This document shows, one piece after another, positions 38,881-48,444 of a DNA stretch of 64,000 bases (within the stretch, counting starts at the first letter, position 1; each line of letters starts with the position of its first letter). The notes beneath the pieces were generated by a model. The model saw nothing but the letters and a program-made list of their open reading frames with translations. It made no database searches and had not been told where the DNA came from. Position numbers and translations under genes: made by a program. The stretch covers positions 4,626 through 68,625 of the forward strand of contig JBKEAG010000034.1 of assembly GCA_047972025.1 (NCBI GenBank), given 5' to 3'. The stretch is from Moheibacter sp. Its GTDB lineage: Bacteria; Bacteroidota; Bacteroidia; Flavobacteriales; Weeksellaceae.

Positions 38881-39708
38881 TTAGCTAAATTCGACATAAA
38901 TTTCAGCTCCTTTTTTCAGTCCAAACAAAGTACTTGCAGCCCCCACCGTTTGTGGATTACTTTTATAAATTGCAATTTCCAAAAACCCCGAAGCCCCCAT
39001 CACAGCCAATCCCTTTCCTATATAATCTGATTCACGCGAAAAGTCTTTCACAAAATGACTATAATTTTCATAAATTTCTGTAAACTCTAGATTACGAAAC
39101 CAAATTTTGAACTCTCTTTTCTTACCTACTTTATGAAAAATATGTTTTGAAATATTCGTGATAGAATTTCCAAAATTATCAATGTAAATAATCGTACCAA
39201 CAATGGTTTTCCCATCGTCTTTCACCATTGGCTGAAGTGTTGCCAATTCACGGAATTCTTTTAAATTTTGTCCCACCACAGACAGTTTTCCTCCTCTTGC
39301 CAGATGACAAGCTACCGGAACAAAAACATCTCGGGTAGGAAATGCTGAATTTTGTTGCACCTGTGGAATGTTAATTTCAACCAATTCTTTGGGAGAAATA
39401 TCTGCACATATTAATGACAGCAATCCATTATCACTCGAAATAAAGTAATGACCGTCAATCAATGCTGCTATTGGCTTTTTAGAAGGATTCAAAAGCTCAT
39501 CTACCCCTATAATATGAATACTTCCGGACGGAAAATCTTTATAACTATTTTTTATAACAAATGCCCCCGACTCTATATCAAAAGGTGAAATAGAGTGAGA
39601 TATATCAACTACCAACGCCTCATCCAACTCACTATAAATAGAAGCCTTTATGGAAGCTACGTAAGGGTCTCTAAGTCCAAAATCAGACGTTAAGGTTATG
39701 ATTGGCAT
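38881..39708 (-). CDS. SAM-dependent hydroxide adenosyltransferase (DUF62; chlorinase/fluorinase family)
   Basis: IITLTSDFG..D.YV, VDISH, SDNGLL, FPTRDVF and YIDNFGNSITN. Confidence 0.88.
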   Translation of the reverse strand: MPIITLTSDFGLRDPYVASIKASIYSELDEALVVDISHSISPFDIESGAFVIKNSYKDFPSGSIHIIGVDELLNPSKKPIAALIDGHYFISSDNGLLSLICADISPKELVEINIPQVQQNSAFPTRDVFVPVACHLARGGKLSVVGQNLKEFRELATLQPMVKDDGKTIVGTIIYIDNFGNSITNISKHIFHKVGKKREFKIWFRNLEFTEIYENYSHFVKDFSRESDYIGKGLAVMGASGFLEIAIYKSNPQTVGAASTLFGLKKGAEIYVEFS

Positions 39709-39727
39709 GAATTTCACTTATAGCAAA

Positions 39728-39748
39728 CAAATATATTACGTATTTTTG
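39728..39748. promoter_or_regulatory. Back-to-back -7 elements (TATATTTG on minus 39728-39735; TATTTTTG on plus 39741-39748)
   Basis: Two exact TAnnTTTG matches 5 bp apart serving the divergent DUF62 and phoH genes. Confidence 0.6.
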
Positions 39749-39777
39749 TATTGTATTCAATTTAAAAGAAAAGACAT

Positions 39778-40722
39778 TTGACAGAATTAAATTTAGAACT
39801 AACTGATATAAGCATTCAGGACTTTTATGGTGCTAATAATCAGAATTTCAAATTATTAAAAACACATTTTCCTAAATTAAAAATTATAGGGCGTGGGAAA
39901 AACATTTCTGCTGTTGGAAATGAAAGCGATTTAATAGCATTCTCTACCAAAATTTCTCAAATCATACAATATTTACAACACTATAATCGTCTAAACGAAA
40001 AAGACATGGAGCAACTGCTAGATGTAGAGTTTCCAAACCAAAAGTCCAACCTCAAAGTAGAAAATACAATCGTACATGGTGTAAATGGAAAATTGGTAAA
40101 AGCCCAAACTCCCGGACAAAAAAAACTAGTGGAGTTAGTCAATCAAAATGATATGGTGTTTGCCGTTGGTCCTGCCGGAACAGGAAAAACGTACACCAGT
40201 GTAGCTCTTGCGGTTCAAGCTCTAAAAAATAAAGAAGTCCGGCGAATTATCTTAACTCGACCAGCAGTAGAGGCAGGTGAAAGTTTAGGATTTCTTCCAG
40301 GAGATTTAAAGGAAAAATTAGACCCTTATCTCCAACCTCTTTATGATGCTTTACGTGATATGATTCACTTTGAGAAGTTAAATTCTTATTACGAAAAAGG
40401 AATCATAGAAGTTGCTCCGCTTGCTTTCATGCGTGGACGAACTTTGGATGAAGCCTTTGTAATTCTAGATGAAGCGCAAAATACAACCCATGCTCAAATG
40501 AAAATGTTTCTGACTCGAATGGGGAAAAATGCCAAATTTATCATCACCGGTGATCCTGATCAAGTCGATTTACCTCCTAAACAAAAATCAGGACTGAAAG
40601 GGGCTATGGAAATTTTAAAAAATGTAGATGGAATCGGTATGGTAAAACTCACAGAAAAGGATGTTGTCCGTCATAAATTGGTAGGTAAAATCTTACATGC
40701 TTATAAAAAACTAGATAACTAA
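39778..40722 (+). CDS. phoH: PhoH-like ATPase
   Basis: GPAGTGKT, LTRPAVEAGE.LGFLPG, LAFMRGRT and DEAQN. Confidence 0.93.
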   Translation: MTELNLELTDISIQDFYGANNQNFKLLKTHFPKLKIIGRGKNISAVGNESDLIAFSTKISQIIQYLQHYNRLNEKDMEQLLDVEFPNQKSNLKVENTIVHGVNGKLVKAQTPGQKKLVELVNQNDMVFAVGPAGTGKTYTSVALAVQALKNKEVRRIILTRPAVEAGESLGFLPGDLKEKLDPYLQPLYDALRDMIHFEKLNSYYEKGIIEVAPLAFMRGRTLDEAFVILDEAQNTTHAQMKMFLTRMGKNAKFIITGDPDQVDLPPKQKSGLKGAMEILKNVDGIGMVKLTEKDVVRHKLVGKILHAYKKLDN

Positions 40723-40736
40723 AATTTGTTCAATCC

Positions 40737-40922
40737 ATGAGTTTCGGTAAATACAAAGAAGGAGATTACTACAAAACTCCAGAAGGGTTTCTTGTTTTTA
40801 CAGAGCAATATCTTTTGAGAAGGGGCTACTGCTGTAAAAGTGGTTGTAAGCACTGCCCCTATGGATATGATAAAAAAACGGATTCGTTCAGGAGAAATAT
40901 TTCTAAAAAATCTGATAATTAA
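40737..40922 (+). CDS. Small Cys-rich protein (DUF5522-like)
   Basis: GDYY...G..VFTEQY.LRRGYCCKSGCKHCPYG. Confidence 0.8.
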   Translation: MSFGKYKEGDYYKTPEGFLVFTEQYLLRRGYCCKSGCKHCPYGYDKKTDSFRRNISKKSDN

Positions 40923-42711
40923 TTCCTCCACTGAAATAACGCCCGGGCATCGGTATCAAATTCGTTTCCGTATAATTGGTGTTTAGTAAATTGTTTCCTT
41001 GTAAAAATAATTTAAATCGATTTATATCGAAATTTAATCGGGCATCTAGCAATTGATAATCATCCAAACTGACTCTATCCAAATAACGGTACACCCATTC
41101 TATAGTTAAATTTTTAACTATTTTGTGATTTAGTTTTGCAATCAGTTGATGACGTAAATTTCCCAATGAATACCGTGAATATGGTTTTGATGAGTCCTCT
41201 ACTTGATTGTCTAAATACGTATAGGAAACCGATACACTATTTAGAAACTGCTCATAAAATCGGTAATCAATACTTACCTCAAAACCATTTGTATTTACTT
41301 CTGCCAAGTTTTGCGGCATCCATTTATCATCTTCATTTTCCTTTACCCAATCAATTAAATCTCTATTTTCTCTACGAAACACACTTGTCATAAATGTAAA
41401 GTGAGGAATAGACAATCGGTATCCCAACTCATATGACAATGCTTCTTCCGGTTGTAAATCAGGGTTTCCTACATTTGCAGCATCTTCATAATACAAATCG
41501 GTAAAAGTAGGTGTTCGGTATGTTTGTCCAATATTTGCAAAAATTTGGTGGTGATGATTAATCGAATACCCCAAGTCCAATCCTGGATATAGAAAACTAC
41601 CAAAGTCTGAATAATGTGAGAACAAAGCCCCCGGAGTTACGTTCAATTGGTCATTAAAGAAAGAAAGTTTATGCTCCAAAAAAACAGAATATATATCTCT
41701 GTCATGCTTCCCTAACTTATTGCTACTCAAATATTCTTTTCGAGTTTCCAATCCAAATCCTGTTTCCCCAATAGGCGTTGTGAGCGTTGAGTTCACTTCT
41801 CCTCCTATGGTATTCCCAATGTGCATATTTCGGTAAATAGACGGGTCTTCCCGAACAAAGATATACTCATCTTGATGTCTTCTCCAGTATAAATTTGGTT
41901 TAATTTTCAAATGATTAAAATTTAAATCTGCTGAAATGTTAACCAAAGAAGATTGAGTTTCTTCATACTGTTCCGTAGCCGTAGGAGTCGCATAAAAACC
42001 ATTGGCTCCAAAATTCTTTTGAATAAACCCACTTTGGAAATTTAAATTGTGTTTGCCTAATTCTAATTTATTTTGATACCAAAAATTATAGCGTTCACTA
42101 TCCGTATTGTGTCTGTATCCGTCTGACTGGGAGTAGTCTGATTGAATTATTTGCTGAAATTTATCGTTTCCTATATTTACATCGGCGTTTACACCATAGG
42201 TTCCAAACTCACCTGCAGTCAACATAAGATTAACTCTGTCTTTCTGTTTCGGCTTTGTGATGATATTGATAGCACCGGTAAAAGCATTTTGCCCAAACCT
42301 CCTTGCAGAAGGTCCTTTGTAAATTTCTATTCGTTCGATGGTGTTTAAATTTATTGGAATATCTAGTGAATGGTGTCCCGTTTGTACATCGCTCATCCTT
42401 GTTCCATTAATCAAAACCAACGTCTGCTCAAACGAGCCTCCTCTAATTCCTACATCCGCTTGCATTCCGTTTACTCCACGTTGCCGAATGTCTATACTCA
42501 GTTGATTGGAAAGTAATTGTTCAATAGTCAAAGAAGGGCTTTTTTCTATTTCTTTCCGGTCTATTACCACTATGTTTTGGTCTAATTTCTTTAAATCAGT
42601 AGAAATTCTTTGTGTATAAATGGATGCTTCTTCTAACTCTAAAACGTCTTCGGTTTGTCCAAGTGCAATAATAATCTGAAAAAGAAAAACGGTAGTAAAG
42701 ATATTTTTCAT
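40903..42711 (-). CDS. TonB-dependent outer membrane receptor (BtuB/CirA-like plug and barrel)
   Basis: Signal peptide; plug motifs IRGG..EQTLVLING and IERIEIYKGP; GNPDLQPE; terminal Phe. Confidence 0.9.
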   Translation of the reverse strand: MKNIFTTVFLFQIIIALGQTEDVLELEEASIYTQRISTDLKKLDQNIVVIDRKEIEKSPSLTIEQLLSNQLSIDIRQRGVNGMQADVGIRGGSFEQTLVLINGTRMSDVQTGHHSLDIPINLNTIERIEIYKGPSARRFGQNAFTGAINIITKPKQKDRVNLMLTAGEFGTYGVNADVNIGNDKFQQIIQSDYSQSDGYRHNTDSERYNFWYQNKLELGKHNLNFQSGFIQKNFGANGFYATPTATEQYEETQSSLVNISADLNFNHLKIKPNLYWRRHQDEYIFVREDPSIYRNMHIGNTIGGEVNSTLTTPIGETGFGLETRKEYLSSNKLGKHDRDIYSVFLEHKLSFFNDQLNVTPGALFSHYSDFGSFLYPGLDLGYSINHHHQIFANIGQTYRTPTFTDLYYEDAANVGNPDLQPEEALSYELGYRLSIPHFTFMTSVFRRENRDLIDWVKENEDDKWMPQNLAEVNTNGFEVSIDYRFYEQFLNSVSVSYTYLDNQVEDSSKPYSRYSLGNLRHQLIAKLNHKIVKNLTIEWVYRYLDRVSLDDYQLLDARLNFDINRFKLFLQGNNLLNTNYTETNLIPMPGRYFSGGINYQIF

Positions 42712-42762
42712 TATAGTAAAGTTTAAGGGTGTAAAAATAAACGAAGTCTTTATCGTTAAACC

Positions 42763-42774
42763 TGATAAATATCA
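42763..42774. promoter_or_regulatory. Putative CRP/FNR-family binding site TGAT-N4-ATCA
   Basis: TGATAAATATCA centred about 41 bp upstream of the inferred start site of the TonB receptor promoter (TATTTTTA at 42732-42739). Confidence 0.4.
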
Positions 42775-42879
42775 TGGGAAAGTAAGTCGTTTAGAATTTA
42801 AATTGTCTGACTGAATCAGTTGACCTTTACAGAAAAACATTATAAATCACTTATTTTTAAAATAGAAATATGTGGAAAT

Positions 42880-42906
42880 AAAAAAATCCCGACATTTCTG
42901 CCGGGA
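42880..42906 (-). terminator. Rho-independent terminator with GAAA tetraloop
   Basis: Minus strand TCCCGGCA-GAAA-TGTCGGGA-TTTTTTT. Confidence 0.85.
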
Positions 42907-42973
42907 CCCTCTCTACTAAAACTTAAGTACCATGAAAACTCAACTACCTTATGAAAAGAATAGTACTTAAACC
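42880..42973 (-). ncRNA. Putative sigma54-dependent small RNA (~95 nt)
   Basis: Bounded by a consensus -24/-12 promoter and an intrinsic terminator; no ORF on the sense strand; 14-bp 5' stem with a UUUUCAU-bearing loop. Confidence 0.6.
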
Positions 42974-42981
42974 ATTTAGTT

Positions 42982-42997
42982 AGCAAAGTTTGTGCCA
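42982..42997 (-). promoter_or_regulatory. Sigma54 (RpoN) -24/-12 promoter
   Basis: Minus strand TGGCAC-AAACT-TTGCT is an exact match to TGGCAC-N5-TTGCW. Confidence 0.75.
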
Positions 42998-43016
42998 AAC
43001 TTTACTAACACTTTAC

Positions 43017-44810
43017 TTAAAAAGTATATTTATTTTCTTGAATTAAAAATTCAGCAATTTCTTCTCTTAAATTCACTACGTTTGGATATTCGTTGTAACG
43101 AGTAAACCTTCGCAATCCGGACAACATCATCCGTTGTTCGTCTCCCTCAGTAAATGAAATAATTCCTGCCGTAGCACTACTTTTTACTTTCTCTACCGAA
43201 TGAAAGATTTGCAATATAGCCAATTTTACCGGAATTTCTGTATCTTTATCTGATTTTGTTTTGGCTATTTTTTCTGCTCGTAACATTGTACTTTCTGCCA
43301 AATAAATCTCAATCAAAATCTCTGAAGCTCGTAAAATCAATTGCTGATGTTTCTCCAAATCTGCTCCAAATTTCTGTAATGCAGCACCCGCAACCATAAA
43401 AAATGCTTTCTTCAAATTTCCTAAAATTTCTTTTTCCTGAGCAAAAAGTTCAGAATAGTCCGGTGTATCAAACGACGGAATGCTCATTAATTCATTAGCA
43501 ACATTCATAGCCGGTGTCATCAAATCTATTTTCCCTTTGAAAGCTCTTTTAACTAACATGCTGATAGACAATAAACTATTTATTTCATTAGTTCCTTCAT
43601 AAATTCTAGAAATTCGGGCATCACGCCAAGCTGACTCCATCGGCATTTCTTTGGAGTAGCCCATTCCACCATAAATCTGAATTCCTTTATCTGCTGCTAT
43701 TTGTGCTATATCTGAAATCCAAACTTTTAGAATAGATGCCTCTATCGCATACTCTTCAATTCCTTTTAGTTCTGCTTCGTCATGCGGCATTCCTGCCGAA
43801 ATATTGTCTGAAATTGCATCCTCTATATCTTTTGCTGCTCTGTAAGCTCCTGCTTCTGAAGCAAATGCTCCAACCGCCATATCTGCTAATTTTTCCTTAA
43901 TTGCCCCAAACGTATTGATGGAAACACCAAATTGTTTTCTTTCAGTTGAGTAATTTATAGCATTAGAAATAATCCTACGCTGTGCGTCTAGACAGGCTGC
44001 TCCTAATTTAATTCGCCCTACATTTAACGCATTCATTGCTATTTTGAAACCTCCATTTCGTTCACCTAACATATTTTCAACTGGGACTTTGACTTCATTA
44101 AAGAAGACCTGACGTGTAGATGAGGAGACAATTCCTAGTTTATCTTCTTCCTCACCCAAAGAAAGTCCATCACCTACTTGCGATTTTTCTACAAGAAAAG
44201 CTGTGATATTTTTATCATCTTCAATCCGAGCAAATACGATAAATAATTCTGCAAATCCGGCATTGGTTATCCACATTTTTTGTCCGGTGATGGTATAGTG
44301 TTTCCCATCTTCTGATAAAATTGCTTTTGTTTTTCCTGAGTTGGCATCAGACCCTGCTCCCGGTTCTGTAAGACAATAAGAGGCAAACCATTCTCCTGTT
44401 GCTAATTTTGGTAAGTATTTTTTCTTTTGTTCTTCTGTTCCATATAGTGTAATCGGCATAGTTCCAATTCCGGTATGCGCACCATAAGCAGTTGCCAATG
44501 ACCCCGTTGCTCCTGAAATATAATCACATACCAACATGGTTGTTACAAAACTCATTCCTAGCCCTCCGTACTCTTCCGGGACTGAAATTCCCAAAAAGCC
44601 TAGTTCTCCCAGTTTTCTCATCAAATCTTCTATCAGCACATAGTCTTTCTTTTCTATTTGATGCTTTTTTGGCCAGACTTCTCGGTCAATAAACTCCTTT
44701 GCTGATTCCAACATCATTTTTTGTTCTTCGCTGAAATCTTCATGTGTAAATATATTTTCCCAAGTCAAATCCTTTATCAAGAATTCCCCTCCTTTTAATC
44801 TATTGCTCAT
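43017..44810 (-). CDS. Acyl-CoA dehydrogenase (FadE/very-long-chain type)
   Basis: YCLTEPGAGSDA, GQKMWITN, LNVGRI, IQIYGGMGY and RIYEGTNEI. Confidence 0.93.
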   Translation of the reverse strand: MSNRLKGGEFLIKDLTWENIFTHEDFSEEQKMMLESAKEFIDREVWPKKHQIEKKDYVLIEDLMRKLGELGFLGISVPEEYGGLGMSFVTTMLVCDYISGATGSLATAYGAHTGIGTMPITLYGTEEQKKKYLPKLATGEWFASYCLTEPGAGSDANSGKTKAILSEDGKHYTITGQKMWITNAGFAELFIVFARIEDDKNITAFLVEKSQVGDGLSLGEEEDKLGIVSSSTRQVFFNEVKVPVENMLGERNGGFKIAMNALNVGRIKLGAACLDAQRRIISNAINYSTERKQFGVSINTFGAIKEKLADMAVGAFASEAGAYRAAKDIEDAISDNISAGMPHDEAELKGIEEYAIEASILKVWISDIAQIAADKGIQIYGGMGYSKEMPMESAWRDARISRIYEGTNEINSLLSISMLVKRAFKGKIDLMTPAMNVANELMSIPSFDTPDYSELFAQEKEILGNLKKAFFMVAGAALQKFGADLEKHQQLILRASEILIEIYLAESTMLRAEKIAKTKSDKDTEIPVKLAILQIFHSVEKVKSSATAGIISFTEGDEQRMMLSGLRRFTRYNEYPNVVNLREEIAEFLIQENKYTF

Positions 44811-44865
44811 GAGTATTTTTTATTTTGAATTATAAAGTTAATATATTGTTTGCCTTTAATCTAAT

Positions 44866-46044
44866 TTAAAGAACTTCAAAAATAGAAGCTGCTCCTTGTC
44901 CGGTTCCTACACACATGGTTACCATTCCGTATTTTTTATTTTGACTTTTCATTTCATTAAAAAGTTGAACTGTCAGTTTAGTTCCGGTACATCCAAGTGG
45001 GTGTCCTAATGCAATAGCTCCTCCATTTACATTAACAATTTCAGGGTTTAAATCTAACCCTCGAATTACGGCTAATGACTGTGAAGCAAATGCTTCATTT
45101 AGCTCTATCATTTCTATATCACTCTGTTTCAGACCTGCCTGTTCTAGTGCTTTTGGAATGGCATATAGTGGTCCAATCCCCATAATTCTTGGTGGAACTC
45201 CTACCGTAGAATATGCCATAAGCCGAGCTACCGGCTCTAAGTTTAATTCTTTGACCATTTCTCCTGACATCACTAATACAAAGGCTGCTCCATCTGACAT
45301 CTGAGAGGCATTTCCCGCAGTTACTGAACCTCCATTTGCAAATACTGGTCTTAATTTTGACAAAACTTCTAATGATGTGTCTGCTCGTGGTCCTTCATCT
45401 TGTTTAAAATTAATTTTTTGAGATTGAATTTTTTCATTCTTATCCAAAATATTTAATTCTACATCAATTGGAACAATTTGATTGTTAAACTTTCCTTCTT
45501 CTATCGCTTTTATTGCTTTTTGATGTGATGTGAATGCAAATTTATCTTGGTCTTCACGAGATACTTTAAATTCATTGGCAACCGCTTCTGCTGTCAATCC
45601 CATTCCCCAATAATAATCGGCATGATTTTTTGCAACATCCGTATCGGGAATTGGTTTGTAGCCTCCCATGGGGATATATGACATACTTTCTGCTCCTCCG
45701 GCGATAATGCAATCTGCCATTCCGGTACGGATTTTTGCCGTTGCAATGGCTATACTTTCTGATCCGGATGCACAATAACGGTTTATGGTTACTCCTGGAA
45801 CTTTGTCTGTATCTAGCCCCATTAAAGAAATTAACCGTGCCATATTTAAACCTTGTTCTGCTTCGGGCATTGCACAACCTACAATAACGTCATCTATTCG
45901 ATCTTTATCTAAATTAGGTACGTCTTGCATCATTCGTTCAATAACGGTTGCTGCCATTTCATCCGGTCTGGTAAAACGAAGTGTCCCCCTCGGAGCCTTC
46001 CCTACTGCCGTTCTATATCCTGTTACTATATATGCGTCTTTCAT
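44866..46044 (-). CDS. fadA: Acetyl-CoA C-acyltransferase (thiolase)
   Basis: NRYCASG, NEAFA, GGAIALGHPLG and TMCVGTGQG. Confidence 0.93.
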   Translation of the reverse strand: MKDAYIVTGYRTAVGKAPRGTLRFTRPDEMAATVIERMMQDVPNLDKDRIDDVIVGCAMPEAEQGLNMARLISLMGLDTDKVPGVTINRYCASGSESIAIATAKIRTGMADCIIAGGAESMSYIPMGGYKPIPDTDVAKNHADYYWGMGLTAEAVANEFKVSREDQDKFAFTSHQKAIKAIEEGKFNNQIVPIDVELNILDKNEKIQSQKINFKQDEGPRADTSLEVLSKLRPVFANGGSVTAGNASQMSDGAAFVLVMSGEMVKELNLEPVARLMAYSTVGVPPRIMGIGPLYAIPKALEQAGLKQSDIEMIELNEAFASQSLAVIRGLDLNPEIVNVNGGAIALGHPLGCTGTKLTVQLFNEMKSQNKKYGMVTMCVGTGQGAASIFEVL

Positions 46045-46072
46045 TTTTTTATAATTTAAGTACTAAGTGTAA

Positions 46073-48427
46073 TTAATTTCTCAACGGTTTACCTGTTTTT
46101 AACATGTGTTGGATTCTTTCTAGTGTCTTTCTCTCTCCACAAAGTGATAAAAAGGCTTCTCTTTCTAAATCCAATAGATACTGTTGAGATACTTCTGTTG
46201 CTTCGGATAGATTTCCTCCGGTCATTACATATCCCAATTTATTAGCTATCAATCGGTCATGTTCTGAGATGTAATTTCCTGCAACCATCTGGTCTGAACC
46301 TACATAAAACATTCCCATTGCTTCACTTCCTAGTACTTTTACTTTCTCTGCAATAGGCTGTGTATATCCGGACTCTGCCATCAAAAGTGTATGTTTTTTG
46401 GCTTCTGCAATTTGACGGTCTTTGTTTACTGCTATTATATCTTCATTTCGAATGAATCCTAAATTTTTAGCTTCATAGGCAGATGTTCCAACTTTTGCCA
46501 TGGCTATATTCATATAGGCTTCGCGTAGATGATTGGTTTTTACGTCATCTGAAATCAAATGTTTTGTTGCTCTTCGGGTCATTTCTTTGGTTCCACCTCC
46601 TCCCGGAATGACTCCTACTCCCACTTCTACAAGGCCCATATATGTTTCAGCAGCAGCTACAATTTTATCTGCATGGAGCGATATTTCACAACCTCCACCC
46701 AGTGCCATACCATGTGGTGCTACCACAACTGGAATTGCGCTGTACCGGACTTTCATCATGGTATCTTGGAATTGTTTGATTGCCATATTTAGCTCCCACC
46801 AATCTTGCTCAGACGCCATCATCATAATCATTGCTAAATTTGCTCCTACTGAAAAATTATCTGCTTGATTTCCAATTACTAATCCTTGGTAATCTTTTTC
46901 TGCTAAGTCAATGGCTTTGTTGATTCCGGTAATTATACCACCACCTATACTATTCATCTTGGAACGAAATTCTAGGTTGATAATTCCATCTCCTAAATCT
47001 TGTACACTTGCTTCTGCATTACTCCAAACTTCTTTGGTTTTTCGGATATTATCTAAAATTATAAAGGCATCTTGTCCCGGAATGATTCGGTAGTCTTTTG
47101 AATCTATGTCATAAAAATATTTTTTACCTTCTTTTACTGTATAGAAACTTTCTTTTCCTGCATCGATCATTTCTTTTACCCAACCGGCAACTGCATATCC
47201 TTCGGACTCGATAAGTTCTACTCCTTTTTTCACACCGATTAAGTCCCATGTTTCAAACGGACCGTACTTCCATGCGTAACCTGTTTTCATTGCATCATCT
47301 ATACTATACAGTACATTAGAGATTTCCGGTACTTTGTCTGCTACATAAGCGAATAAAGACGCAAAATGTTTACAAATTAATTCTCCTGCCGTTCCCTTAT
47401 CTTGCAATAAAACACCCAGCTTATTTTTGGTTCCACCTGCTTGTTTAGCCATTTCTATAATGGGAAGTTTTGGACGGTTAAGTGGACGGTATTCTAGCTG
47501 TTTCAAATCCAACGCAAAGCGGTTGGTATTTCCTTCTTTATCAATTTCTTTATAGTAAAAGCCTTTTTTAGTCTTGTCTCCAAAAAATTTATTTTCCAAT
47601 AAAAAATTTAATGTTTTTGAATCTTTTAAGTTCTGAATAAATGTATCATTGGGACAGTTTTGTTGCAAACCTTTGGTCACGTTTACAGCGGTATCCAAAC
47701 CTACTAAATCTGCTAGTTTAAATGTACCTGTTTTGGGTCTTCCTAGAATGGTTCCTGTCAGTAAATCAGTTTCTTCTATCGTCAATCCTATTTCCTGTGC
47801 CAATTCCATCACTTTTGCCATGGAATAAACACCTACCCTATTTCCAATAAATCCAGGTGTATCTTTTGCCAAAACGGATGTTTTTCCTAAAAATTTATCA
47901 CCATATATTGTGAAAAAATCTATTACAGACTTATCTGTTTTTGGTCCGGAAATAATTTCAAATAATTTCAAATAGCGTGGTGGATTGAAAAAGTGTGTTC
48001 CACAAAAATGTTTTTGAAAATCTTCTGAACGTCCTTCTGACATTAAATGAATTGGAATTCCTGATGTATTAGAAGTAATTAACGTTCCTTCTCTTCGTAA
48101 TTTATCTACTTTTTCAAACATTCCTTGCTTGATGTCTAACCGCTCAATGATAACCTCAACCACCCAATCACTATCTTTTATTTTCTCTAAATCATCTTCA
48201 AAATTCCCTACGGTTATTCGTGATGCAAACTTTTTATCATAAATGGGTGATGGTTTTGATTTGAGTGCGTTATTCAAATGACTTTGAGCAATTTTATTTC
48301 TGTCAGCACCTTCTGTTGGCATATCTAGTAGTAATACTTCCACACCAATTCCGGCTACATGACAGGCGATTCCAGACCCCATAACACCGGATCCTAAAAC
48401 TGTAACTTGTCGTATGTGCCTATTCAT
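46073..48427 (-). CDS. fadN: 3-hydroxyacyl-CoA dehydrogenase / enoyl-CoA hydratase (FadN-type order)
   Basis: GSGVMGSG, SNTSG, HFFNPP and PGFIGNR; C-terminal crotonase ALGGGCE, GLVEVGVG. Confidence 0.9.
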   Translation of the reverse strand: MNRHIRQVTVLGSGVMGSGIACHVAGIGVEVLLLDMPTEGADRNKIAQSHLNNALKSKPSPIYDKKFASRITVGNFEDDLEKIKDSDWVVEVIIERLDIKQGMFEKVDKLRREGTLITSNTSGIPIHLMSEGRSEDFQKHFCGTHFFNPPRYLKLFEIISGPKTDKSVIDFFTIYGDKFLGKTSVLAKDTPGFIGNRVGVYSMAKVMELAQEIGLTIEETDLLTGTILGRPKTGTFKLADLVGLDTAVNVTKGLQQNCPNDTFIQNLKDSKTLNFLLENKFFGDKTKKGFYYKEIDKEGNTNRFALDLKQLEYRPLNRPKLPIIEMAKQAGGTKNKLGVLLQDKGTAGELICKHFASLFAYVADKVPEISNVLYSIDDAMKTGYAWKYGPFETWDLIGVKKGVELIESEGYAVAGWVKEMIDAGKESFYTVKEGKKYFYDIDSKDYRIIPGQDAFIILDNIRKTKEVWSNAEASVQDLGDGIINLEFRSKMNSIGGGIITGINKAIDLAEKDYQGLVIGNQADNFSVGANLAMIMMMASEQDWWELNMAIKQFQDTMMKVRYSAIPVVVAPHGMALGGGCEISLHADKIVAAAETYMGLVEVGVGVIPGGGGTKEMTRRATKHLISDDVKTNHLREAYMNIAMAKVGTSAYEAKNLGFIRNEDIIAVNKDRQIAEAKKHTLLMAESGYTQPIAEKVKVLGSEAMGMFYVGSDQMVAGNYISEHDRLIANKLGYVMTGGNLSEATEVSQQYLLDLEREAFLSLCGERKTLERIQHMLKTGKPLRN

Positions 48428-48444
48428 TTTTGTTTTGAATTAAT

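Noticed and set aside
38881..39708. Fluorinase/chlorinase natural-product gene
   Set aside because: Housekeeping context next to phoH with no biosynthetic cluster; the common DUF62 SAM hydrolase reading is more likely.
42712..42880. Cobalamin riboswitch upstream of the BtuB-like receptor
   Set aside because: No B12-box or conserved core found, and the putative promoter is too close to the ATG.
42932..42983. Plus-strand micro-ORFs MKTQLPYEKNST and MKRIVLKPFS
   Set aside because: Promoter, GAAA tetraloop, G-U pairs and U-tail are all oriented on the minus strand; no plus-strand promoter seen. Not fully excluded without ribosome profiling.
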